The notes beneath the pieces were generated by a model. The model saw only the letters and a list, made by a program, of their open reading frames with translations, had not been told where the DNA came from and made no database searches. A stretch of DNA of 64,000 nucleotides from Octopus sinensis (Eukaryota): contig NC_043005.1 in NCBI RefSeq assembly GCF_006345805.1, forward strand, positions 36,580,001-36,644,000. The letters run 5' to 3'. Numbering within the stretch: the first letter of the stretch is position 1; every line of letters starts with the position of its first letter. This document shows positions 39,952-54,235 of the stretch, piece after piece. The position numbers and the translations under genes were made by a program.

Positions 39952-41269
39952 CTCTCCCACTCTCTTGTTCTCTCAGCCACTTTTCAAACAAAACAGTAAA
40001 GGAGTGTAGTGTTATGCTCAAGAAAAGGAAGGAGAGGAAGTAGGAGGAAGAAAACCAATAAGAAGTACTACTACTATTTAAGCACTCGATCAAAGTAATT
40101 CCTTATTTCTTATAGTGATATTTCGAAGAATATGGCCATTTTCTTGGAGCATTGTTTATCTTCTTAAATTCGTATGTGGACTATTTGTTTTGCAGCTCTC
40201 CAATTTTTCGATTTGCATCACGCTTCACTGCTTTCTTCATTTCTACAAAAGCAAGGACAGGTCATGTGTGCATATTCCATAATATTTCTTTGATATTTAG
40301 ATTTTCATATATGAAGCGATACCACCGTTCTTCTCTGTGGTACCGTTGTGAGTGGATAAGTTCCAACAATAAATATACAAAATCTGGATATATGATTTTT
40401 TTTCAGAACAGTTCTAATCTGCCTTAGAGAATGAGGTCCTTTTCACTTTTCACAGTTTTCTAATGGTATATTTTTACCATTTTCATTTCAGGACAACTTC
40501 GGGTCTCGGACTGAAACCTAACTTTTCCATATTTTCTATCCTTCAGTTATTACTGCTTCATATAACACGTTACATTTTTAGGAACTAAGCACCCTTGATA
40601 AACATATCCGCCCTTTGTTTCAGTTATACTAGACTCAGAACTGTTTATTGTTTTCTCTCCCTTTTATGAGACGGTGAAATTTCAGGAATATTTGGCTATT
40701 TCTTCTAGCAGATCGAGCAATCATGTCATTGCTCCATTAGTGGCTCCAATAAATATGTTTTTATTCTTTTTTCAACTTCTGATATTTGATGCTGAGACAT
40801 TCACGTCTTGCATATTTGTTCCTATTTGCTTTAAATTAGCGTTTTGCTATGAGTTCGTACATGATCTTTCCCCGTCTTCTTACTTTTCATTAATCCTTCG
40901 CTGTGGTATCAAAGCTGAAACATGGAAAAGTGAAGAAAATTTACATTTATTTAATTAATTATGTCTAGTCTCTTCAAGTAATATTTAGAATTTTTCAGCA
41001 AACTAGACTCATATCTAAGAAAGACAGCATGATACGATAAACAAACTTGGAGTAAACAAACTATTAATTCTTATAAAATAATTTTGCCCTCAGCTACTAA
41101 TTTTAATATTAATCGCAATCTTTTAACGATTAATTTTGATTAAATAAAAATTGAAACTACATACATTGGCTTCAATGTAGCAAAATTGTGGAAAAAGAAG
41201 GAAGAAAAACCTACTTCTGGGCTACTAGTTTGCATATCTTTCTTAATAGGGAAAATTATTTTCGTTTCA

Positions 41270-41336
<67 letters not shown>

Positions 41337-41339
<3 letters not shown>

Positions 41340-43556
41340 GTTTGACTTTTGCTTTATATTTGTACAAGTTGGCTCCAAGTCTCACCCAGAGACCTCAAGA
41401 GACAACAGAGTTGGAAGTTCATGTTGTTGTTATGCCTAGTGTGCCATATATTTGGGGGGTGGGGATGTTGTACTAATGAATGTCTAAAAAAAAAGTTTTT
41501 TATTTTTATTTTTTTTTTTAAACCGAAAATTATGTTTGTTTTAAACCTTGAGATTACATAGAGAGTATTTTGCGTAGGATATGAGCAGTTCCCATGAGCA
41601 CTATCTTTTGAACTTCTGCCATTTTTGGGTTTCCTGGTATCTGAGTTAGGTAGCTATCAGCCCCTTTTGCTATCATTCCCAGGGCACCTATGACAACAGG
41701 TATTGTTTTAGTCTTCAGCTTCCACATTTTGCTGATTTCTATTTCAAGATCTTTATATTTGCTCAGTTTTTGGTAGGTCTTGACAGATACGTTTATATCG
41801 ATTGGGACAGTCATATCAATGAGGAGGCATGTTCTTTGTTTGAAGTCTTTCAATATGATGTCTGGCCTATTTGCATCTATCTTCCTGTCAGTTTGAATGG
41901 TGAAGTTCCAGAGGAGTGAGATGTGGTCATTTTCAAGCACTGGGGGTGGTTTGTGTTCCCACCAGTTTTTTTCATGGGGCAAATCCAGGTTTTTACAGAT
42001 TACCCAGTGAATATATTGTGCAGCTCTATCGTGCCTGTTGAGATACTCTGTAGCCGCTAGAAGACTGCACTTGGAGACCACATGGTCAATGGTTTCATTT
42101 TGTTGCTTGCATACACGACACGTTGGACTGCTTCTGATCTTTAATATGTTGGCCTGGTAGTTTCTTGTTAGTAGGCATTGATCTTGAGCTGCTATGATAA
42201 ACCCCTCTGTATCAGATTTTAAGCCAGAGGCCATTAGCCATTGATGGGTCAGGGCTTTGTCGATATCTGCATTATTCGCTCTCTTTGGGTATTTGCCATA
42301 GAGAGGTTTTTCTTGCCATTTATTATTCAGAATATCTAAGGCCGCAGTTTTGGCACGGGTTTTCATGCGCCTAGCTTTTTCTTCTGCTTGTTTCTTGTAT
42401 ATCTATCTCTAATTCCGAAATTGGTTGTATTCGGAATTCACTTAGATATTCCTTTGCCTGTTTTGTGACTGAGTATGAGCTTTCTTTCTTTTTTCATGTT
42501 TTGAGACAAGTTTTAGCATCCAGTCCTCAGAGTTTTTCAGGTAGGTGTCTAGGCCAATTGTAGCAATCTTCATTGTTATTGCCAGTTGCAAAAGACCACG
42601 CCTCCCTCTTTTCTTGGCAGATAGAGTCGTTCTGTATCTGCCTTAGGGTGGTGCATTCTATGCATTGTCAACAGTTTCCTTATTTTTCTGTCGAGCTGAC
42701 ATATTTCAGTAATTGACCAGTTAACAATATTGAAACTGTAAGTCACGACTGGTATAGCTAATGCATTGATTGCTTCGATCCTGTTTCTTGCATTCAGCTC
42801 TGTCTTGAGTATTGCTCTCACTCTTCGATAGCATTCTCTCCTGATCCTTTCCTTCATCTCTGAATGCCTTATTCCGTTCCCTTCAATTACCCCTAGGTAT
42901 AGTAGGTCTCCGCTGGGTCTAGTTCTTTTATGACATTCTGTTGGTCAAGGTTAACGTTAGATGTTTCTGGCATTTTTCCTTTGATAAAGGTAGCCTTTGC
43001 ACATTTATCGAGGCCGAATTGCATTCTGATGTCGTCACTGAATTGTTTGACTATCGCTAGTAAGCCCTTGAGTTGTTGATCATTTTTTGCAAAAAAGCTT
43101 TAAATCATCCATGTAAACGAGATGATTTATATTTTTATCAAACATTTTATACCCGTACTGCGCGCCATTGAGCAGCTTTGAGAGAGGTATTAAGGATAAA
43201 CAAAAGAGGAGTGGTGACAGTGAGTCACCCTGGAAAATGCCACACGAAATTTTTACATCACCAGCATTTAGGGATTCACTGTCACTGTTCAGAGTTAGTG
43301 TGGTTCTCCATGATCTCATACTTACAGTCAAGAAGTTTCGCAGAGTTGGTGCTATCTTATACATTTCAAGGCATTTCCTAATCCAGCTATGTGGTAGGCT
43401 ATCAAAAGCCTTTTTATAGTCTATCCAGGCTATTGATAAGTTTTTGTGTCGTTTGTGACATTCTTCTAAGATCATCTTATTGATGAGTAGTTGGTCTTTA
43501 CAGCCGTAGGATCCACGTTTACATCCTTTCTGTTCATTAGGGAATATGCTGCTGTC
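41337..43556 (-). mobile_element. 5'-truncated R4/Dong-clade non-LTR retrotransposon (RT, CCHC and restriction-like endonuclease), frameshifted
   Basis: RT motifs [43 protein letters not shown] and YLG. Zinc knuckle CRVC...ETIDHVVSKC. Endonuclease motifs RHD, RPDI, LIDMTVP and KLSKYKDL. A ~215-nt 3' UTR is followed by (TAA)n. Confidence 0.95.
41554..42366 (-). pseudogene. C-terminal 270-aa segment of the Dong/R4 ORF (zinc knuckle and PD-(D/E)xK endonuclease)
   Basis: ORF-track translation containing the CCHC and RPD...D...K..KY motifs. Confidence 0.9.
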
Positions 43557-43557
43557 T

Positions 43558-43641
<84 letters not shown>

Positions 43642-43665
43642 AAGAAGAAGAAGAAGAAGAAGAAA

Positions 43666-44168
43666 AATATGTTTGGCTGTTGCTTTCTGTTTCTAGAAAT
43701 CGACTCCAGGTCTCATCCAGAGACAAGTTAGAAGTTAAGGTTGGTGTTATAACTTGAGTGCCATATATTTGGTTTTGCACAGAGTACTGTTCTAGAGAAT
43801 GTTTGTCAAAACATAAGAAAATTAGAAGTTTGTTTTAAAAGTAATTTGATTATAAAATGATAGCGTGTTCAGATGACAGTAAAATATATTTACTATTATG
43901 GACATTTACAAGTACTTTTGACAATGTTTACAGATTAAAATGTTTTAGGGGTTACATAAACAATATTTCCATAGGATATAAGCAGCTCCCATTTATTTTT
44001 TTAAAAATTTCTTTCGTTTTTGTTTTTCCTGGTATCTAAGATAGGTAACTATCAGCCCCTTTTGCTAGGGCTTGAGGTTCCACATTTTGTCAAATTCTAT
44101 TATAAGATCTTTACACTTCCTCAGTTTTTGGTAGGCCTTGGCAGATACATTTATGTCGATTGGGGTGG

Positions 44169-44170
<2 letters not shown>
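43666..44170 (-). mobile_element. Older Dong/R4 3' fragment (end of endonuclease and 3' UTR)
   Basis: 43666-43772 aligns by eye to 41337-41455, and 43952-44170 aligns to 41554-41812. It is preceded on the element strand by (TAA)n. Confidence 0.85.
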
Positions 44171-44221
<51 letters not shown>

Positions 44222-44244
44222 TATTATTATTATTATTATTCGAG

Positions 44245-44675
44245 CATTCACAGTCGTTTACACGCCGGACAAATTGCTGGGCGGGATTTCACCGTTCTGA
44301 ATTCAAATTCAAATTCCGCCGAGGTTGGAATTTATACTTTCCGCCATTTATACCATATCAATACCAGTCGAGAACTGGGGTCGATGTAATCGACTAGCTT
44401 CTTCGTCCCAAAATTTCAGGTCTTGTACCTATAGTAGAAACGATTATTATAAATAATGATGATAATGGTGTCAAAGTTTGGCACAAGGCCAGCAATTTCT
44501 GGAGAGAGGATATGTTGATTATATTGGCCCCGGTGCTCAACTGGTACTTATTTTATCGACCTTGAAAGGATGAAAGACAAAGTCGACTTCGGGGTAATTT
44601 GAACTTTGAACATAAAGACGGACGAAATTCTGCTAACCATTTTATCCGGCGTGCTAACGATTTTACCAGCTCGCC
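44245..44675. mobile_element. Tail-to-tail inverted pair of group B SINEs: ~44245-44443 (+) and ~44468-44675 (-)
   Basis: The + copy has AAATTCCGCCGAGG...CTGGGGTCGATGTAATCGAC...TAGTAGAAACG. The - copy reads TTTGGCACAAGGCCAGCAATTT...CTGGTACTTATTTTATCGAC...CCAGCTCGCCA on the + strand. Confidence 0.8.
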
Positions 44676-45034
44676 ATTCTTTTGTTTCAAAGAATTCCTG
44701 TTGTGCGTGGTCATTCTGCTCCTCTCAACTCAGTCTTATGCAAATTCTGGTGAAAGGAATAAATAAAACAAAAATGAGAGGTAGGACGAATACTTACAAA
44801 TGCATCAATTGAAGAGAGAGGATCAGGTGTTTGCTGCTCCAAAGTGAAGCCACACACACACACACATATATATACACGCCCGCACATCACAGATAATAAA
44901 AAGAAATCGTTTAAAACACTTTACAAGGAAATATGTTGAGAAAATATTAAAAAGTTCATTAAAGATCATGTTTGTTTGGAAGTATCTATATATATATATA
45001 TACAAAAAAGGTCAAATTTGGTCATATTTGGTAG

Positions 45035-45075
<41 letters not shown>

Positions 45076-45162
45076 ATGTCTATATATATATATACACAGA
45101 ATGAGATATATTTAGGAGTTTACAAAGAATTTGAGGTGAACCTGTATTAGCCTTTTTCGCTT

Positions 45163-45203
<41 letters not shown>

Positions 45204-45699
45204 GTTTGTATTAGTGTATATAAGTACGCATATGTTTATATACACATGTATACATAACTTGAATCAGATGGAATTTGCGAATCCTGAATGTCTTAGATAT
45301 CACGACGGTGTCTTTGCTGAATCGTAAGAGAAACATCTTGATTAGGTGTGTTCTAATTGGTTTTGTAATACCCAGCTTCTTAAAATGGCATTAAAGAAAT
45401 TTCGCTCTAGCACCGAAATCTCTCTTTCTTTCTCTGTCTACCTGTCGGTCTGCTTGTCTCACACTCACTCACTCACTCTCTCCCCCTACACACACATATA
45501 ATTAACATTTTTAATGCATAATCGTTAGTACAAAAAAATCTTATCAATCAAATGTTTTATTCATTCTCAGACTTATTCTTGAGTTCTTTATTGTAAGTGG
45601 ACTTCTGTCGAACTTACTACGACCTTAGAACATATATATATATATGCATATGTATAATTTTGTGTATATATTTACATGTATATGATGGACTCTCCCATC

Positions 45700-45966
45700 G
45701 AAGACGTTGTATGAGAGTTCATCATTTTGCCGAACGACCTACACAACTGATTTGTTTGTAGTGATCTAATGTTCGTTCCACACTTTAGCTCACTCCTTCC
45801 AATCGACGTTGTCTGAACAGGTGTACAGCGTATCACGCACCAGGTGTCAAAGTGATTGCAGAGCAACGTGTTTTGCTCAAAAACACAACGCATCACTCGC
45901 TCTAGGAACTGAAACCAAGATTGCAGGGTTGTGAGTGCAACACTCTAACCACTAGGCCATGCGCCC
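45700..45966 (-). mobile_element. Group D-like tRNA-derived SINE
   Basis: Minus-strand head GGGCGCATGGCCTAGTGGTTAGAGTG...GGTTTCAGTTCC, then TTTTGAGCAAAAAACACGTTGCTC. Confidence 0.7.
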
Positions 45967-46084
45967 CAACGTGTATGTATGCATACACACACACACACAC
46001 ACGCACACATACACACACACACACATATATATATATATTCTTTTATATGTTTCATCCAATGACTGTGGTCATGCTAGAGCACCG

Positions 46085-46133
<49 letters not shown>

Positions 46134-46211
46134 AATGTATATTTGTATATATGTGTTCATATATATATACCTATATGTATGTATCTCTCTCTTTCTCGCG
46201 CTGTCTCTCCT

Positions 46212-46242
<31 letters not shown>

Positions 46243-46304
46243 CTGTACACATACACACACACGCACACACGCGAACACACACACACATACACACACATAC
46301 ATAC

Positions 46305-46338
<34 letters not shown>

Positions 46339-47204
46339 GAATACATATATACGCGTGTGGATCTCTAATCACAGTTACATCTTTCTTTCTAACACTAGCC
46401 AAAGGTTTCAAGAATGAAATTGATTTCATTCTTGCATTTCTATCCGATTTCCTGCGTTCAGCTTTCTATGACGGATTCAACGAAGCTAGTCCTCTGCCTA
46501 CATGACAGGTGCATTCTTAACAACAAAGCTACCGACTACAACAACGATCACATGATTAGCAAATTGCGTTGACGATGAAGAGACAGTCGGAACAGCCATG
46601 GCACGGTGAAATCGCATCGCAGTATATACTACTGTCAATAAAAAAAGATTCGACAGGTGATCGTGTGCAGATTGACGCCAAGGAGGACGGCTTGATCAAC
46701 GTGTTACATATACGGCTGTCGTTACAAACTGCAATAACGATGACGACATGAAGAGCATAGACAATGATGACGTCAGCATTTCACATAAATGGCTGCCTCT
46801 TTTTCCTTGGAGGCGTTACGATGACAATGACAGTGGCGATTGTGTAGGCGACAGCTGTTACTATAGCAACAGTTTCATTTCTATACATTCAACACTAGAG
46901 TCAAATTGCTTTAGTGTGCGCACACAAGCGTATGCACACGCACACATTGAAGTTACGTATATATTTAACGTTAGACCAACACACTAATATAAATACACGT
47001 ATGTCCGAGACTTATATATATATATATATTATATATATATATATATATATACACGCACACAAAAACAGACAGATTTCATGTTGTGTAATATCTGTGTATT
47101 ACACACACTCACATACATACATCATACATACATATAACTATATGCATAGATACACACGTACACATATGCATATGTATATATACATACACACACACACACA
47201 CACA

Positions 47205-47243
<39 letters not shown>

Positions 47244-48262
47244 ACATATATATAAGTTATATGCGTAGAACAATTAATTATGTATAAAAATGTATTTGTG
47301 TGTGTGTGTGTGTGTTTTATAACATAAAATTACATAAGTCTGGATCTATTTAATAGTTGATATCATCCTGACGCCACAACTTCGACTTAGAATCACTCAT
47401 ACGCAATAACACGCCAACCACCACCTATATACTCACACATGCTCACAACAGAAACATGTGCATGCGTATAAATTTCATTGGAAATCTAATCCAATATCAT
47501 AAAATCTATACGAATAAACCATACCACAATTTTGTTTTTGTTTGTTTGTTTGTTTTTAATTAAAATAGCATTTCCGCAAAGATACAACGTGACAAAATTA
47601 CAAAACGTAAACTAAAGAAGGAACTCTAGAATTGAATATAAAAATAGTCCCATTACAAGCCAATAAATAAGTATCATTAAAGAAACGGTGACATGTTTGG
47701 TTTTGATGTAACGTATCTAATGAGAAAATTCTGGAATCATTAAAAGCGGAATAGAGACATAATTTGATGTAAAGTTGAAGTATGTAGAAATATTTCCAAC
47801 AGGACCTTTTGGCGAAGGAAATTGAAATGAAACTATAAACTAGAATTGATGAAATATATTTAATATAATATTGTTTTTCCTTCTATAATGTAGAATCCTC
47901 TCTCCAAACGTTAGTGTTTGTGCTTCAAGGAAAAGCAATCATCACAGAGGGTCGAAAATATTGCTACAAGCTAAAAAAGTTAATGTACGATGTGAGTGTT
48001 ACCTCTCAAAATCTGAGAATAATTTATCTTCGTTACAGTTCTTTTTTTTTTTTGCTAATTTATATTTAAATAAATATTTTACATAATTGACCTAATTAAC
48101 AATGATTAAGGCAATTATTTATAAAGATAATTATCAGTACAAATATAATCAAACACACATATGCAGGCATACACTGAAAACGAACACAGCCATCTCTTTC
48201 TGTCCCTCTTTCTGTCTGTCTGTCTGTCTGTCCCACTCTTTTTCTACACACATATATTTAAG

Positions 48263-48305
<43 letters not shown>

Positions 48306-48314
48306 CATACACAG

Positions 48315-48345
<31 letters not shown>

Positions 48346-48378
48346 CATGCGTATATATATATATATATATATATGTAC

Positions 48379-48417
<39 letters not shown>

Positions 48418-48474
48418 TATACATATATACACATATATGCAAACGTAAATATATATGTATATGCCTATGTATAC

Positions 48475-48518
<44 letters not shown>

Positions 48519-49017
48519 CATAGATATATACAAATATAATTTTAAATGATATTTATATAATTTGTAGAAGTAGGTTATTTTCTAATAATCCTTAAATATC
48601 AATTTAAATTTAAGCATATGATTAGCTGAGATATCAATCATTATATTTTAATTTGAAGAATTAAAGACAATCAACCATTGTAATCATGGCACCGGATTTC
48701 CAATATTTATTAATAAATGTTTGGACATTTGATAATTAATGGCGTATTTTTGAAGTTCTCAAAGACAAACCTTCCCACGACCTACGGAATTGTTACGCAT
48801 CTTGATGCAGTTTTATTCGCTGTTAGCACTTCCTCGTGTAAGACCTCTACAAGTTGATATTGTTTGGGAGTATCTAAACCTGCCTCGTATTTAAACAGCT
48901 CTTTTTAAAAATTTCCAGTCTATTTCAGGCTGACACAGTTAACGTCTAGACTTTTAATTCTAGGGAAGAAAAGACTTCGCTATATATTGGGAGGCGTATA
49001 TAATTGATATAATTAAA

Positions 49018-49390
49018 TCTCTCTATATATATAAACGGCAGTTTGTCTGTGTGTGTTTCTGTGTGTCTGGTAGCTTGTACCCTCACCCTGACCACGGCTT
49101 TCAACCGATTCTGATGAACCTTGACACACACATAGCCCAATGTCATAATTCAAAACTAACGCAGCGAAAATTTTGAAAAGTTCCCCCAGTTCTGAAAAAA
49201 ATCGATAAATTCGACATGGGGTCGAGAATCAGAAACACAAACCACAGACTGTCTAGGGGACGCAACTCAACCTTTCTAACTAAAAAAAAATTTACCACAA
49301 TTTTTTTTCCATTTTTTGGCTATAACTCTCTAAAAATGCTTTATAGTTATTTCCCTTACAAACCCGAGCAACGCCGGGCCACACTGCTAG
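49018..49390 (+). mobile_element. Non-autonomous Helitron (373 bp)
   Basis: 5' A|TCTCTCTATATATATAAA, 3' hairpin CCCGAGCAACGCCGGG (49363-49378), then CTAG|T. Inserted in an A|T site with no TSD. Confidence 0.85.
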
Positions 49391-52029
49391 TACAGAATAA
49401 AGAAGATAAATCGGCGAGTGTACGTGAATGGGGAATAAGGAGGATGGCTTACATGTTCATTCTTAATACGTTCCACCAAATTCGAATGCGAAGATGCTTT
49501 GGGGCACCCGGTCTTTTTACATCGTGGTGTCTACTCAGACAAAGCTGCTCCAAACTAATGAATCTGAAGAGAGTTTTGTGCTCTAGTTTATAAATTCAGA
49601 AAACAAAATTATTTTGCTTTTGCGCACTGAATAATTTGCTTGTTCAATTTATAAGTAGGTGTTACGAAATCCTGTGAGATTAATTAGCTTGGGATATCTT
49701 TGGCTGAGGGGACACAACTCTGTGAAGATATCGGGTGTTCCAATTACTCTAATAGGATTTGCTCTTCTTTAACGAAATAAAACAGCGATAAAAATATTCA
49801 CATTCGATGAAACGTCATCGTCGTCGGATATGTAGATGGTTGGATTTGAACCAAGAGCTCTTTATTCAGTGTACTACATGACATAAAATACAAGTTCAGC
49901 TCTATATCCATCAACGGTTTATGTCAGTTATATGTAGTTAATCGACCTACTACTAGGGTTAGAAGCTTAATACTTTTTGAAATAACATCTTACTACCTTT
50001 AAGAGAAAGCAACAGATGCAATGGATAATGTGATTCTTGGTATATCGCATATCGGAGAAAAATCTCAAGAAAACATACGGCATGGCCACGGTTTGAAAAC
50101 TTTGTGATCAGATCTGTGCGTGATCAAAGCTGACCTGAGTCTAAGCCACAGGGAGTGTTAACATTCGTAAAATATAGTCCATGAAACGTAGGTAAGAGTT
50201 TTAGCGTCTCGAACAGGAAAACTTCGTCAGCACATGACCCTGGTTTATTTTACAAAATTCAAATACAAAATGTTAATATTTTGTACATTTTTCTCAAGGC
50301 CCTTCATAGGAAATATGCAGAGGAATCTGATATATTTGTAGTTTTGGAGGATTGTATTGCAAATAGAACCATACAGACAGTAAACATGCAATAATTACAG
50401 AGGAGAAAGAGGTGCTTGGGGGCACACAGTCGTTGATAAGGTCACAGACTGTAATGAAAGGACTTATATAGAGTAATCGATTGACCAATTACTTAATTCA
50501 TTAATATTAATATGCTGCTAACGTAATTTTCAAACTGTTACACGAGTGAGTTTCAGCCTGTCCCACCAGTACTTATTGCAAGTTTAATCCAACGTTTTTA
50601 TGATACTGCTCATATTGCAATCGCTTCTCCAACAGCTGTACTTAACGCTAGTTGATATACTATTCAGCATATTATTACAATACAGCCGTCAGCGAGCATC
50701 AGCGACTCAATCATTCAACAATTCGTTATATTACATTTTTTCTCTCATGATAGCAGTTACTTAGAAAGAGTGCCTAGAGCATTATTTAACAATCAACCAT
50801 TTTCTCTAATTTATCTCTCATAAATACATAAATACAATAGTTAAAAGAATCGAGTGTCTACAGCTTCAATTATCTATGTATATTCTTCAGTACATTTTTA
50901 TCACAGCATCTGTGTAAAATCTGTGCAAAACGAGGATCTGTAGTTTTATGGGCGGTGGATTGCCCAATTCGTAAGGGTTTTAGATAATATATCTGCTATG
51001 TTACTACAGTTCTTTCAGAGTTCAAATCACACCGTGATAGAGTCTATTTTCCTCCTTCTGCCCACAGTAAGTTGCTTCTCACAAATCAATGATATAAATT
51101 ACCCATACTATTGGTCATAGAAAGGTCAGTCAGTATTCAGAATACATACAATATTAGAAATAATCTACAGTTTTAGGTAGCATCGGATATTTCTGATTTA
51201 GATTTCACTTAAGCACAACGATTGATTTTTTTTTCAAGCATAGTATATCTAAGAACACGTAAGTCAATGTAATCTTCCTCTTTATAGATGGTAGGATGTA
51301 GTTTCAATGAGCTTCGGCTGCTATTTCTAACAGACCCGCGAGCAGTCGTTCATATATGTTGCAGTTATTGTTGTAGTCCTCGTTGTTGTTGTTTAATCTC
51401 TGATGAAATCTGATCGAGTAGACCAGTAATCACAGATACCTAACCTGACCACTCGGGTTTTTAAATATGGTCTGAGACTAATATGGCCTCCTTTGTTTTA
51501 AAAGGTGTGATTTGAAATATATATAACTAGTATTTTCATCAGATTAGACAACCACACAGGAAAATATGTAGTAATTTGAGGGACATGTCTTTATTTGATA
51601 TTTCCAGTGAGAGGATTACTGGATCTTACTCAACATTTATAGAATACTGATAGTTGATGTTTGGAGAGTTCATGTACGCCTATTGTTGTTTTGTGTAATA
51701 AATATTTTCTGTGATAAATATAAATACATTATGTATAGTTTATTTACCAAGTGCCATAGATTTTCTGTACAAATCCAGAAGTACTATAACAAACGAAACA
51801 ATTCTTAAATTCAATAAACTTCTGGAAACCTTCATGTTAGTCTAAACTATTAAAGACGTAACTAAAATATTCAAACAATGTGATATTGATAAATGATCTT
51901 CTATTTAAACAATATCCGTGGCAATGATGGGGCATAAAATCCATAAGATTTTTATGCGATTAGATAAAACACAGTTTCTTTATCATGTACTTTTTTCATC
52001 TATCTTGTAACAAGTGAAATACAATCAGT

Positions 52030-52213
52030 ATTGGTGAAAAGGGACATAATGCTTTACCGTATTTAGTCAGTCTTTACGCTCTGATCCGTCGTTGGCGACT
52101 TTGAGTTTCATCATTTCGGGGTCGATCAAATAAGTACCAGTTGAACACTGGGCTCAATGTAATCGACTTACACCTGCCTCCGAAATTGCTGGCCTTGTGC
52201 CAAAATTAGAAAC
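52030..52213 (+). mobile_element. Degraded group B SINE
   Basis: TTTCGGGGTCGATCAAATAAGTACCAG...AATGTAATCGACTT...GAAATTGCTGGCCTTGTGCCAAAATTAGAAAC. Confidence 0.8.
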
Positions 52214-53038
52214 TTATACGCACAGACACACACTCTCTCTCTCACACAAACAAGCAAACACATATAGATATAGAAATATATATTGTATAAGCTGGCATAT
52301 AAAACTTCATTCACAATAGTTTGATCCACAGTAGAAAATACTTGTGTAAAGTGACTCACACTGAAATCAAACTCCAAACCATGTGGTTATAAAAAGGAAA
52401 GTCCTTAGCTCAGCAACCACAGCGATGCTCGTATATATTCATGCAAAACTTATTAAAAAATAATTTGTTTTGTTGATTTCGACCGTCAAAATCAGTGATG
52501 ATAATGTGTTAGGCTTCGAAAGTCAGTCATTTTCTCTTCTCTTAATTCTTCATATCCACACTTTTTTCGGGCTATGTCGTTATGAGCAGTTAATTTTTAA
52601 TCCTTTCCAACTGTGAAAAACACCTTGCTCGTGAACAAATTTGTCACTATTATGCCAGGTAGTAGTTCTCGAGACAGTAATTAGCCAAAGGTGATATATA
52701 TTTTGGAATCTCATTAATGCAACGCATCGATAGTAATGGGATTGGAATGTACACATGCAAGCAAATATGCATCCATGTTTGCATGTATGCATAAATATTC
52801 TTTAACTTGAGCAAACGAATACGTATACACACTCGCAATTACATACGTACATACACACATACATATGTATGTATGTATGTATGCATGTATGTATGTATGT
52901 ATGTATGTATGTATGTATGTATCTATCTATCTATCTATCTATCAATTTATCTATCAAATCTGTACACACGCAGACACACACATGTGGGAATGTATCTACT
53001 ATTCGTTTGCACACGTCACCGTATATATATATATACAC

Positions 53039-53087
<49 letters not shown>

Positions 53088-53091
53088 CATA

Positions 53092-53933
53092 TCTACTACA
53101 CATGTGGGAAATTCTGTCTGTGTGTGTGTTTGTGGAGTTATTAGCTAACTCCTCCTACATCGTTTTATCGATTTTGATGAAACTTGACACGTGAGTAGAA
53201 TTTATGTCTGGAAATCTCATGGCATACGCAGATTGTTGAAAAAAATCGATAATAGACCCCTGGAAGGGATTCGTATATATATATAGCCAAGGGAAATAAC
53301 CCATTCATTTTCCTAAATTATTTGGTAAAAATGAAATTGAGTATGCTTATTTCTTAGTATTTGAACTATTAGAGTTATTTTCGCAATTTAACCAGTAGAA
53401 CCTTTAAATAAGTAAATAGTATATTCCTAAACAATAGATCCAATTATTTTGGTTAGTGATTTATTCACGAATGTACCAAAACTAGAGTAATATTCTCTGG
53501 GAACGCACACATGCCCTTTTCAGAGCTATTTACTTTGAATTGTTATTATCTCATATCTGATTAGCCTGTTATTACGAAACATGCTTCACGATTTTAGTAT
53601 ACACACCTTATTAATATTTTCTCCTATGTTCTGTATACTCTGGGAACGAATTAAAGCCCTTTTTGGGGCTACTTTATTTGAATTCTTACTATCGGGTAAC
53701 TAATTTTTGTTATTACATAACTGACTTCACAATTTGGGTATTCAAAACTTCTTGGGAATGCCTGAAAACAAGATCCTGTGTAAGACAGTTCGGTATTCTC
53801 TATAAATGCACAAAAACCGTTTTAAGGGATACATACTTTGTATTGTTGTTATTAGAATAGCAAAACAATTATGAGAACACGGAACCAAGAGATAAACCCC
53901 GCTTTCCCTGGAATCACCGGGTACGTCAACTAG
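53092..53933 (+). mobile_element. Non-autonomous Helitron (~840 bp), copy 1
   Basis: 5' A|TCTACTA. The internal CGATTTTGATGAAACTTGACAC resembles the 49018 element. 3' hairpin CCCTGGAATCACCGGG followed by CTAG|T. Confidence 0.8.
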
Positions 53934-53995
<62 letters not shown>

Positions 53996-54008
53996 ATATA
54001 TATATATA

Positions 54009-54165
54009 CATCGTACCCCCCACAAAAAAAACAAAACAACAACGCGAGGACGTGGTACATACAAAGTATTAGAAAACGCTCGAGGAGGAGAAAATTGTGG
54101 TTTTACCGCTTCGAGCAAAGCTTTTCTTCAGAAACAGAAAAAAATCGCCAACGATTCACATGTGG
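54009..54165 (-). mobile_element. Penelope-like pseudo-LTR remnant with hammerhead-like motif (duplicated at 55148-55308)
   Basis: The minus strand reads GTTT-CTGAAGA-AAAGCTTTGCTC-GAAG-CGGTA-AAAC and is flanked by (TA)n. Confidence 0.5.
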
Positions 54166-54218
<53 letters not shown>

Positions 54219-54235
54219 TATATTATGTATGCATA

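Noticed and set aside
53663-53860. 65-aa ORF repeated at 54799-54996
   Set aside because: It lies inside a duplicated non-autonomous Helitron; the identity reflects duplication, not coding constraint.
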